From: Prevotella sp.
Lineage (GTDB): Bacteria; Bacteroidota; Bacteroidia; Bacteroidales; Bacteroidaceae
Direction of reading: 5' to 3'
Length of the DNA stretch: 64,000 nucleotides
Assembly (NCBI GenBank): GCA_017467705.1
Contig: JAFUSC010000016.1
Coordinates: 1,861-65,860, forward strand
Each line of letters starts with the position of its first letter. Within the stretch, counting starts at the first letter, position 1. The translations under genes were made by a program, and so were the position numbers. Below, one piece after another: positions 1-8,681 of this stretch. Under the pieces are notes generated by a model. It was not told where the DNA came from, did not search any database, and saw only the letters and a program-made list of their open reading frames with translations.

Positions 1-483
1 ATACGTGATATGTACATGCGCAAGGCTTCCCATGGTGGCCTGCACGACTTTGGGATTGTAGGCGTCGGCCGTGTCGGGCGAGCAGTAGATGTCGCTGATG
101 CCGAACCAGTCGGCTATGCGGATGATGGTGCCCAGATTGCCCGGGTCCTGGATGCCGTCAAGGGCCAGGGAGAGGGAGGAAGGGGGAAGTTGTTGGGTGG
201 AGGCGTCTGCCGGCAGACGGAAGACGGCCAGCACCTGTTGGGGATGCTGAAGGAAGGAGATGCGCTGTAACTCGTCGTCGGTGACGGTCTGGACGGAGAG
301 TGAAGTGGGGAGTGCGGAGAGTGAAGGCAGGTCGGCGGTGCTGTAGATGGAGTGGGGCACGAAACCGGCACGCAGCAGGTCACCCACCACCTTGGGACCT
401 TCTGCCACGAAAAGGCCCTCGCGGCGGCGGTTCTTCTTCTGCTCCAGCGAGCGGATGAACTTAATCTGGTTTTTGCTTATCAT
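1..483 (-). CDS. TrmH/SpoU family RNA methyltransferase (3' part runs off the window)
   Basis: Not in the ORF track. Manual translation from ATG 483 gives MISKNQIKFIRSLEQKKNRRREGLFVAEGPKVV...LDGIQDPGNLGTIIRIADWFG...YNPKVVQATMGS, which contains SpoU motif 1. Confidence 0.9.
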   Translation of the reverse strand, partial: MISKNQIKFIRSLEQKKNRRREGLFVAEGPKVVGDLLRAGFVPHSIYSTADLPSLSALPTSLSVQTVTDDELQRISFLQHPQQVLAVFRLPADASTQQLPPSSLSLALDGIQDPGNLGTIIRIADWFGISDIYCSPDTADAYNPKVVQATMGSLAHVHITY

Positions 484-487
484 GCTG

Positions 488-546
488 CAAAGGTACGAAA
501 TTATTTGTAAAACTCTTGGTTTTTTGCTCGCTTAATTGTACCTTTG
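488..546. promoter_or_regulatory. Divergent pair of Bacteroidota -7 promoter elements (TAnnTTTG)
   Basis: TACCTTTG on the minus strand at 488-495 (toward trmH) and on the plus strand at 539-546 (toward tamA). Confidence 0.75.
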
Positions 547-554
547 CAAAAGAA

Positions 555-2774
555 ATGCGGAAGATTCTGACCATAGCGGCCTTGGGAACGCTATTCCTGG
601 CATCCTGCTCGGAGACGAAATATGTCGCCGAGGGGCAGTATCTGCTAGACCGCGTGGAGGTGAAGACAGACCAGAAGGCTCCCGGCATCAACACTTCGGA
701 GATGAAGTCGTATGTCCGCCAGCGCGGCAACTCCCGCTGGTTTACGGCCATCAAGGTGCCCCTGCGCACCTATTCGCTGTCGGGGGCTGACACATCGCAG
801 TGGATCAACCGCACGCTGCGCTCGATGGGTGAGGCTCCTGAGTTGTTCGACACGCTGCTGGCCCGCCAGTCGGTGTTGAACTTGCAGTCGCGAATGCAGA
901 ACCTGGGCTATCTGCAAGCCACGGTGGACGTGCAGAACCGACTGAAGGGCAAGAAGGTGACGACCACCTACATGCTGCACCCAGGACGTCCGTACTACGT
1001 CCGCAACTTCGACTACGACATTCAGGATTCGGCCATTGCACGGCTGTTAGAGGAGCATGAGGTGACGACAGAGGAGAACAGAAAGGTGCGGAGCGGCATG
1101 ATGTTCAATGCTGACAACTTGGATGCAGAGCGCAAGCGCCTGGTCGAATTTCTGACCAATAGAGGCTACTACCGCTTCAACAAAGACTTCATTTCCTATC
1201 GCGCCGACTCCACGGCGGTCTCCGGGCAGGTGGACCTGACGCTGGTGCTGCACCGCTATCGTGACAACACTGTGAGCGATGTGCCCCATCAGCAATACAC
1301 CATAGGCCATATAGGCTACCGCAGTGGCAATCTGGAGGACAGCCTTATCCACCTGCGCCCCAGGGTGTTGCGCAACAACACGTTTCTGACCGAAGGTGAA
1401 CTCTATGCGGCCCGTGGGCTACAGAGCACCTACAACCACTTCGGCCGACTGGGGGCTGTGCGCTATACTAACATTTCGTTTCAGGAGCATGCCCAACTAC
1501 CCGTGCTGGACTGCAATATCACGCTGAGCACCAACAAGCCATCGACCATTGCCTTTCAGCCCGAAGGCACCAACACGGCGGGCGACCTGGGGGCAGCAGC
1601 CTCGCTGACCTATCAGAACCGCAACCTGTTTCGCGGCTCGGAACTGCTGACCATCGAACTGCGTGGTGCCTACGAGGCCATCAGGGGGCTGGAAGGCTAT
1701 TCGAACCAGAACTTCGTGGAGTATAGTCTGGAGACGAAACTGACCTTCCCCCGATTCATTGCCCCCTTCCTGGCCAGCAGTTTCCGCCGGCGCATCAATG
1801 CCACGTCGGAAGTGTCGCTGATGTACGACCGCCAGAACCGCCCCGAGTTCCGTCGCCGCGTCTTCTCCGTGGCCTGGCGCTACCGGTGGAACGACCAGCG
1901 GCACCACGACCGCTACCAGATAGACCTGCTGGACCTGAACTACATATCGATGCCGTGGATTTCAGAGACCTTCCGTCGCGAATACTTGGACGACACCAGT
2001 TCGCGCAACGCCATATTGCGCTATAACTACGAGAACCTGTTCATTATGAAGGTGGGCTTCGGCTACACCTACAACAACGGCATTATAGCCATCAAGGCTA
2101 AGGCCGAGACGGCGGGCAACCTGTTACGGCTAGCGTCAGACCTGTTCAGTTTTCATCGAAACTCTGAAGGGCAATATACATTCATGGACCTGGCGTATGC
2201 GCAATACGCAAAAGGCGACTTCGACTTCACCCGCAACTTCCAGTTAGACAATAGCAGCCAACTGGTGATGCACATCGGCCTGGGCATAGCCTATCCTTAC
2301 GGCAACAGCACGGTGCTGCCTTTCGAGAAGCGCTACTTTTCGGGCGGTGCCAACAGCGTGCGCGGATGGAGCGTGCGCAGTCTCGGCCCAGGCAAATATG
2401 TGGGACGCGACGGACGCATAGACTTCATCAACCAGACGGGTGACATGAAACTGGACATGAACGTGGAGTACCGCACCAAGTTGTTCTGGAAGTTTGGTGC
2501 CGCCTTGTTTGTCGATGCAGGCAACATCTGGACGCTACGCGAATACGACGAACAACCTGGCGGCCAGTTCCGCCTGAAGGATTTCCTGAATCAGTTGGCC
2601 GTCAGTTACGGCCTGGGCATTCGCTTAAACTTCGACTACTTTATTCTGCGTTTCGACATGGGTATGAAGGCCGTCAATCCTGCTTACGAAACGCGCCGTG
2701 AACACTACCCGCTGCTCTATCCGCAGCTCAGTCGCGACTTTGCCTTTCACTTCGCGGTAGGCCTTCCATTCTAA
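555..2774 (+). CDS. Omp85/BamA-TamA family outer-membrane protein (TamL-like lipoprotein)
   Basis: Lipobox LASC, POTRA-like N-terminal half, Omp85 motif GGANSVRGW, C-terminal FHFAVGLPF. Start placed at ATG 555 after the promoter. Confidence 0.9.
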   Translation: MRKILTIAALGTLFLASCSETKYVAEGQYLLDRVEVKTDQKAPGINTSEMKSYVRQRGNSRWFTAIKVPLRTYSLSGADTSQWINRTLRSMGEAPELFDTLLARQSVLNLQSRMQNLGYLQATVDVQNRLKGKKVTTTYMLHPGRPYYVRNFDYDIQDSAIARLLEEHEVTTEENRKVRSGMMFNADNLDAERKRLVEFLTNRGYYRFNKDFISYRADSTAVSGQVDLTLVLHRYRDNTVSDVPHQQYTIGHIGYRSGNLEDSLIHLRPRVLRNNTFLTEGELYAARGLQSTYNHFGRLGAVRYTNISFQEHAQLPVLDCNITLSTNKPSTIAFQPEGTNTAGDLGAAASLTYQNRNLFRGSELLTIELRGAYEAIRGLEGYSNQNFVEYSLETKLTFPRFIAPFLASSFRRRINATSEVSLMYDRQNRPEFRRRVFSVAWRYRWNDQRHHDRYQIDLLDLNYISMPWISETFRREYLDDTSSRNAILRYNYENLFIMKVGFGYTYNNGIIAIKAKAETAGNLLRLASDLFSFHRNSEGQYTFMDLAYAQYAKGDFDFTRNFQLDNSSQLVMHIGLGIAYPYGNSTVLPFEKRYFSGGANSVRGWSVRSLGPGKYVGRDGRIDFINQTGDMKLDMNVEYRTKLFWKFGAALFVDAGNIWTLREYDEQPGGQFRLKDFLNQLAVSYGLGIRLNFDYFILRFDMGMKAVNPAYETRREHYPLLYPQLSRDFAFHFAVGLPF

Positions 2775-3192
2775 CCTTCCAGTGGTTGTCACGCAACACC
2801 AGCGTCACTTCGAACTGAGCCTCGTCAGACAGATGCGGTTCCTGACCAACGGCTACGGGAGCGAGGAAAGGGCTGACCGTCAGTCTGATGACGCGCAGCG
2901 TGTCGTTAGCAGCCAGGACACCTTCGTCAGCCGACACCCGTGCGCCACCCTCGTCTTGCAGCGCCTGCAAGTCGTGCTCGGTGGTGTTGCTGGCAGCAAA
3001 GCGCAACCAAGGCAGACTCTCGTCGGTAGCATATTCGGCGGCCTCGTGGAAGTCGCAGTTGAAGTAGGCATCGGCCCATCTGACCGCCGCATCGCGGGCG
3101 GCATCGTCGTCGGGTTCAGCCAGTTCGCAACTTGTCAGCAGCAACGGAGCGGAGAGTAGTAAAAGCAGTCTCTTTATTTGTTTACTAATCAT
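2728..3192 (-). CDS. Hypothetical lipoprotein
   Basis: MISKQIKRLLLLLSAPLLLTSC lipoprotein signal, TATCTTTG promoter just upstream, 3' end overlaps tamA by 47 bp. Confidence 0.7.
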   Translation of the reverse strand: MISKQIKRLLLLLSAPLLLTSCELAEPDDDAARDAAVRWADAYFNCDFHEAAEYATDESLPWLRFAASNTTEHDLQALQDEGGARVSADEGVLAANDTLRVIRLTVSPFLAPVAVGQEPHLSDEAQFEVTLVLRDNHWKVRMEGLPRSERQSRD

Positions 3193-3281
3193 AATCTTTG
3201 GCAAAGATACAAAATATTTTGCAATTCGTCATTCATAATTCACATTTATTTTGTACTTTTGCATCTAAAAACCAAAAAGAG

Positions 3282-4085
3282 ATGCTGAAATTCATATCAT
3301 TCGGCAGCGGCAGCAGCGGTAACTGCTACTTTCTGGCAACCGCGACTGACGCCCTGCTGATAGACATAGGGGTAGGGCTGAGGGGCCTGAAAAAAGACTG
3401 CCGAGACTACGGAGTGAGCCTTTCGCAGATACACCATGTGCTGGTGACGCACGACCATGCCGACCACATCAAATCCGTGGGGTCGTTTTCGGGCGACTAT
3501 GCTGTGCCCGTCTATGCCACGCGCGAGGTGCATGTAGGCATCAACCGCAACTATTGCGTCACCAAGAAGGTGACTCCCGAACTGGCCATGGTGCTGGAGA
3601 AAGGCAAGACCATACAGATAGGCGACTTTAGTGTAACGCCATTCGGCGTGCCTCACGATAGCAGCGACAACGTGGGTTACTTTATAGAGGCTGGTGGCAC
3701 CAACATCTGCCTGATAACTGATGCAGGCATCGTGACGGACGAGATGAAGCAGTACATCAGCCGTGCGCGTCATCTCATCATTGAGGCTAACCACGACGAG
3801 GAGATGGTGATGGGCGGACCGTATCCGCAGTTCCTGAAGGAGCGCATCCTGTCGCCTACGGGCCATCTCTCGAACCGCATCTGTGGCCAGTCGGTGGCGG
3901 AAAACATGACTGAGGGCTTGAAGCATGTGTGGCTGTGCCACCTGAGCGAAGAGAACAACCATCCTGAACTGGCCCGCAAGACGGTGGAGAGCGTGCTGCG
4001 CAGTTACGGCATTGTGCCGGGTGCCGACTTGGAGTTGGAGGTGCTGAAGCGCAACACGCCGACAGGCCCCTACGATTTGGATTGA
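3282..4085 (+). CDS. MBL-fold metallohydrolase (YycJ/WalJ-like)
   Basis: SGSSGNC, THDHADH (HxHxDH), PHD, EANHD, GHLSN and HLSEENN motifs. Confidence 0.9.
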   Translation: MLKFISFGSGSSGNCYFLATATDALLIDIGVGLRGLKKDCRDYGVSLSQIHHVLVTHDHADHIKSVGSFSGDYAVPVYATREVHVGINRNYCVTKKVTPELAMVLEKGKTIQIGDFSVTPFGVPHDSSDNVGYFIEAGGTNICLITDAGIVTDEMKQYISRARHLIIEANHDEEMVMGGPYPQFLKERILSPTGHLSNRICGQSVAENMTEGLKHVWLCHLSEENNHPELARKTVESVLRSYGIVPGADLELEVLKRNTPTGPYDLD

Positions 4086-4106
4086 GAAGAATCACATAAA
4101 ACAAAG

Positions 4107-4139
4107 AATCCCCGCTACTCACACTGGGCAGCGGGGATT
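4107..4139. terminator. Bidirectional intrinsic terminator
   Basis: AATCCCCGCT...AGCGGGGATT hairpin between convergent genes. Confidence 0.7.
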
Positions 4140-4161
4140 GCTTTATTCGTTTCTCTGACGA

Positions 4162-5304
4162 TTATTCCTCAGGAGCGATGTAGGGATCCTCGATGAGAAT
4201 CTTGGTGATAACCATGTTCTTCTTCACCTTTACTACGATGTAGCCAGTGCCGTTTTCAGCGGGAGTCACGGACTTGACATCGATGACAGCACCAGAAGCA
4301 ATCTCTGTCTCACCGGTCACGGCGTCAACATTGTCAATCGTAGCGAAAGCGCGAACGCCAAGGCCTTCCTCAGAAGAACCGTCGCCGATAGCCCACAGAA
4401 TCTGCTGAGCGGCGGGAGCCTTCTCAAGCGTCATCTCGGTCACGGTGACATTAGCCCAGTTGGCACCCTTGATGGCGTGCAGGTGAGCATAACCCTTGTC
4501 CTTAACCAACTGTGCAATGTCGACAGTCCACGTGGTAACACCTTCAGCCTCCTCAGACGTGAAGTACTTAGCGCACCATCCGCCCTTCGGGCTGTCAATC
4601 AGGTGCGACTGTGACTCGTCCTCATTGAACTGACCCTCGTCAACATCGCGGTTGAAGAGGAAGCGGGGAGTACCCTCAGTACACTTGACAACCAGTTTAG
4701 CATAAGCAGAGAGGTCGGCGTAGTTGATGACGCTGCCGTCGCCGTAAGGCATGCCTGTAGATGTGCCTACTTCCCAAGCGCAACCAGCATTACCGGTGAC
4801 ATTTGCATTCACCCAGCCGTCCCAAGTGCAGAAGGGAACGTCCTTCAGGGAAACCTTCTCGGCAACCTCAGGAGCGGTGTAGAAAATCTGAACCTTAGAA
4901 CCTTCCTTCAGACCGTCGATGGCCATCTCACGATCGTTGGGGCAGAAGAGACCACCCTCCTTGACGTTACCATTGATGCGGTCGCTACGACGCCAAACGT
5001 GGCATACCTCAGGCAGCACGCTACCTTCAGCCCATGCATAACCCTTGTAGTCCTGACGCTTGCTGTCGGTCTTGTCAGCCTTTTCCCAGCCGTAGAATAC
5101 CTGTCCGGTAGCAGCACCGCCATTGAAGTTTGCGGGATTCTCCTCTGCGGCGGCGGCAGCAGCGAAGTCATAGGTCAAAACCACTTTCGGGGTCTCCTCA
5201 TCGCCACCGGCAGGATTGTCGATCTTACCAACGGTACACGATTGAACACTGAATGCGCAGAGAGCCACAAGGCTTGCAGCGCTAAAGAAATTAGTTTTCT
5301 TCAT
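4162..5304 (-). CDS. Surface lipoprotein of unknown function, possibly carbohydrate-binding
   Basis: Signal with VQSC lipobox followed by an acidic export-like stretch; Trp-rich, beta-strand-rich sequence. Confidence 0.75.
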   Translation of the reverse strand: MKKTNFFSAASLVALCAFSVQSCTVGKIDNPAGGDEETPKVVLTYDFAAAAAAEENPANFNGGAATGQVFYGWEKADKTDSKRQDYKGYAWAEGSVLPEVCHVWRRSDRINGNVKEGGLFCPNDREMAIDGLKEGSKVQIFYTAPEVAEKVSLKDVPFCTWDGWVNANVTGNAGCAWEVGTSTGMPYGDGSVINYADLSAYAKLVVKCTEGTPRFLFNRDVDEGQFNEDESQSHLIDSPKGGWCAKYFTSEEAEGVTTWTVDIAQLVKDKGYAHLHAIKGANWANVTVTEMTLEKAPAAQQILWAIGDGSSEEGLGVRAFATIDNVDAVTGETEIASGAVIDVKSVTPAENGTGYIVVKVKKNMVITKILIEDPYIAPEE

Positions 5305-5450
5305 AATTACACATTTAAGATTATTAGTAATATAAGTTAAAAAAATACATAGTATTCAATTGGTACTGCAAAAGTAGGCTATTTTTCGCTACCTGCCAAG
5401 AATTATGAAGAAAATAAACATTCGCTGTGTAACAGGAACTTTACGAAATG

Positions 5451-5489
5451 TAAACTCCCCGCAACCTGAGGAGATTGCGGGGAGTTTAA
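5451..5489. terminator. Intrinsic terminator of proS
   Basis: TAAACTCCCCGCAA...TTGCGGGGAGTTTA perfect stem. Confidence 0.75.
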
Positions 5490-5508
5490 CCTGCTGCTAT
5501 CGTGCTGT

Positions 5509-6984
5509 TTAGTAACTGCGTGCAATGATGACGCGGTGCTTGGCGGGTTTGCCGCTCACCATGTCGACGCCGGGCGTCTGCTCGTAGGCAAAGGGCACGC
5601 AGCGGATGGTGGCCTGCGTCTCTTCCTTGATCTGAGCCTCGGTCTCGGCAGTGCCGTCCCAGTGGCAGAGGAAGAAGCCTCCGTCCTTGATTTTCTCCTT
5701 AAACTCTTCGTAGTTGTCGCATTCGTAGACGTGTTCGTCACGATACTTGCGGGCCTTCTCGAAGATGTTCTGCTGGATGTCGTCGAGGAGTTGCTCCACG
5801 TACTGGGCAATGCCTTCCAGGGGACGTGTCTCCTTCTCCAGGGTGTCGCGGCGCATCACCTCGATGGTTCCGTTCTCCAGGTCGCGTGCTCCCAACACGA
5901 GGCGGACGGGAACGCCCTTCAACTCGTAGTCGGCAAACTTGAAGCCCGGACGCTTGTTGTCGGCATCGTCGAACTTGACGCTGATGCCCTTTGAGCGCAG
6001 TTCGTCAATGATGGGCTGCACCTCCTTGTTGACCAGTTCCATCTGTTCAGGCTTGGTGGCAATGGGGATGATGACCACCTGAATGGGGGCCACGCGTGGG
6101 GGCAGCACCAGGCCGTTGTCGTCAGAGTGGGTCATGATGAGGGCGCCGATGAGTCGGGTTGAGACACCCCACGAGGCTGCCCACACGTATTCGGGCTTGT
6201 TCTCTTTATTAAGATAGGTGACGTCGAAAGCCTTGGCGAAGTTCTGGCCCAGGAAGTGCGAGGTACCGCTCTGCAGCGCCTTGCCGTCCTGCATCATGGC
6301 CTCGATGGTATAGGTGTCGAGGGCACCGGCGAAGCGCTCCGTCTCCGACTTCACACCCTGCAGCACAGGCACAGCCATGAATTCTTCGACGAACTTGGCA
6401 TACACCTTCACCATCTTCTGGGCGTCGGCCTCAGCCTCGTCGCGCGTAGCAAAGGCGGTATGGCCCTCCTGCCACAGGAACTCCGACGTGCGCAGGAACG
6501 GACGGGTGCGCATTTCCCAGCGCATGACGTTACACCACTGGTTGCACTTCAGGGGCAGGTCGCGCCATGAGTGAATCCAGTTCTTATACGTGTTCCAGAT
6601 AATGGTCTCCGAGGTCGGACGGATGATCAGCTCCTCCTCTAACTTGGCAGCAGGGTCTACCACCACGCCGCCGTCGGCAGCCTTCAGACGGTAGTGAGTC
6701 ACAACGGCCGCTTCCTTGGCGAAGCCCTCAACGTGTTCGGCCTCGCGGCTCAGGAACGACTTGGGAATCAGCAGAGGAAAGTAAGCGTTCTGCACACCCT
6801 CAGCCTTGAACATCTTGTCCAGCTGCTGCTGCATCTTTTCCCAGATGGCATAGCCATAGGGTTTGATGACCATACAGCCGCGCACGGCAGACTGTTCGGC
6901 CAAGTCGGCTTTTACTACTAAATCGTTATACCACTGGCTGTAATTATCAGCCCTTTTTGTTAAATCTTTTAATTCTTTTGCCAT
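5509..6984 (-). CDS. proS: Proline--tRNA ligase (archaeal/eukaryote-like type, usual in Bacteroidota)
   Basis: [48 protein letters not shown]-terminal ARSY. Confidence 0.98.
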   Translation of the reverse strand: MAKELKDLTKRADNYSQWYNDLVVKADLAEQSAVRGCMVIKPYGYAIWEKMQQQLDKMFKAEGVQNAYFPLLIPKSFLSREAEHVEGFAKEAAVVTHYRLKAADGGVVVDPAAKLEEELIIRPTSETIIWNTYKNWIHSWRDLPLKCNQWCNVMRWEMRTRPFLRTSEFLWQEGHTAFATRDEAEADAQKMVKVYAKFVEEFMAVPVLQGVKSETERFAGALDTYTIEAMMQDGKALQSGTSHFLGQNFAKAFDVTYLNKENKPEYVWAASWGVSTRLIGALIMTHSDDNGLVLPPRVAPIQVVIIPIATKPEQMELVNKEVQPIIDELRSKGISVKFDDADNKRPGFKFADYELKGVPVRLVLGARDLENGTIEVMRRDTLEKETRPLEGIAQYVEQLLDDIQQNIFEKARKYRDEHVYECDNYEEFKEKIKDGGFFLCHWDGTAETEAQIKEETQATIRCVPFAYEQTPGVDMVSGKPAKHRVIIARSY

Positions 6985-7164
6985 GTCTGTCTTTTAAAAA
7001 TGTCTAATTTGCGGCAAAGGTACAAAATAATTATGAACCAAAGGTCACGAATACCTATAAAAAATGATAAATATGAGTAATTATGAATGGCGGATTGTGA
7101 ATTATTTTGTATCTTTGTCGGCAGAATTTAATGTTTAACAATTTAATAAAAACAGAACAAACGT

Positions 7165-7860
7165 ATGAAATTAAAGGCATTTTCATTGGCACTCTGCTTA
7201 GGCATTGTGCTTGCAGGTTGTAACAACATGCAGAAGGGAGCCGGCATCGGTGCCGCAGGTGGTGCTGTGCTGGGAGGTATCATCGGTAAGATTGCCGGTA
7301 ACACCGCAGTGGGTGCTGCTATCGGTGCTGCCATCGGTACAGGTGCCGGTGCACTGATCGGCAACAAGATGGACAAGGTGAAGGCCGAGGCTGAGCAGGT
7401 CAGCAACGCTCAGGTGACTGAGGTGACCGACGCCAATGGTCTTGACGCTGTGAAGGTTACTTTCGACAGTGGTATCTTCTTTGCTTCCGGTCAGTCGACA
7501 TTGTCATCAGAGTCAAAGGTTTCTCTGGGTGAGCTGGCTACTGTGCTGAAGAATAATCCCACCTGTGACGTGGCTATTCAGGGTTACACGGACAACACTC
7601 CGTTCAAGGGTGCTACCGCTGAGCAGAGCGTGCAGAAGAACAAGGCTCTCTCACTGGATCGTGCTGCCTCTGTGTCGTCTTACCTCCAGTCGCTGGGCGT
7701 AAGCAGCAGCCAGATCAAGAGTGTTGAGGGATTCGGAGAAGACAATCCCGTGGCTGATAACTCTACCACAGCCGGTAAGCAGAAGAACCGTCGCGTTGAG
7801 GTTTATCTGTATGCCAGCAAAGCAATGGTTGAGAGTGCCAATGCAGGTATGGAGCTCTAA
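7165..7860 (+). CDS. OmpA-domain lipoprotein with glycine zipper
   Basis: LAGC lipobox, glycine zipper, GYTDN...LSLDRA...NRRVE peptidoglycan-binding motifs. Confidence 0.93.
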   Translation: MKLKAFSLALCLGIVLAGCNNMQKGAGIGAAGGAVLGGIIGKIAGNTAVGAAIGAAIGTGAGALIGNKMDKVKAEAEQVSNAQVTEVTDANGLDAVKVTFDSGIFFASGQSTLSSESKVSLGELATVLKNNPTCDVAIQGYTDNTPFKGATAEQSVQKNKALSLDRAASVSSYLQSLGVSSSQIKSVEGFGEDNPVADNSTTAGKQKNRRVEVYLYASKAMVESANAGMEL

Positions 7861-8582
7861 TGAAGAAACTGTTTAGACGTATTTGTAAAATCATGAAATG
7901 GACTGTGGTGGCGTTCTTCGCCTCCACGGTTCTTTCTGTTATAGCCTATCGTTTCGTTCCCGTCTACGTAACCCCGTTGATGTTGATACGTTGTGCGGAA
8001 CAACTGAAGGAGGGTGAGACGCTCACGCTTCACCATCACTGGGTGCCGTTGGAGAAAATCACCCCCGACATGGCACGCGCCGTAATGGGCAGTGAAGATG
8101 CGCGTTTCCTTGACCATCACGGTTTTGACTTCAAGGCCATTGAGTATGCTGCGCGTCGCAACCGCGAACATCCGGAAAAGCAAAAGCTCGGCGCCAGCAC
8201 CATCAGCCAGCAGACGGCCAAGAATGTCTTTCTGTGGCCCGGACGTTCATGGGTGAGAAAAGGCTTCGAGATGTATTTCACGGCGCTCATTGAACTGTTC
8301 TGGTCCAAGCAACGGATTATGGAAGTCTATCTTAATTCCATTGAGATGGGGCCAGGCATCTATGGTGTGGATGCAGTGGCTGAACAGCATTTCAACTGTA
8401 CGGCGGCGGAGCTTACTGACCGCCAGTGTGCACTCATTGCTGCCACGCTGCCTAATCCGCGTCGTTTCTCATCGGCCCGTCCATCACCATACGTGCTTCG
8501 GCGTCGTGACCGCATCTTACATGAGATGCGTTATGTCAAGACGCTGCCACGTGAGGGAGAAGACAAGCCGAAAAAGAAATAA
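7860..8582 (+). CDS. mtgA: Monofunctional peptidoglycan transglycosylase
   Basis: GT51 motifs EDARFLDHHG, GASTISQQTAKN, RKGFE, KQRIMEVYLN; TAATG overlap with the upstream gene. Confidence 0.95.
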   Translation: MKKLFRRICKIMKWTVVAFFASTVLSVIAYRFVPVYVTPLMLIRCAEQLKEGETLTLHHHWVPLEKITPDMARAVMGSEDARFLDHHGFDFKAIEYAARRNREHPEKQKLGASTISQQTAKNVFLWPGRSWVRKGFEMYFTALIELFWSKQRIMEVYLNSIEMGPGIYGVDAVAEQHFNCTAAELTDRQCALIAATLPNPRRFSSARPSPYVLRRRDRILHEMRYVKTLPREGEDKPKKK

Positions 8583-8681
8583 AATAAATCTAAAAATCTT
8601 TTGTTTTTTAATTACTTCTTTGTATCTTTGCCACATGTTAGGGAAATGAGGCCCGACGCTTAACCTAAAACAAATGTCCCG

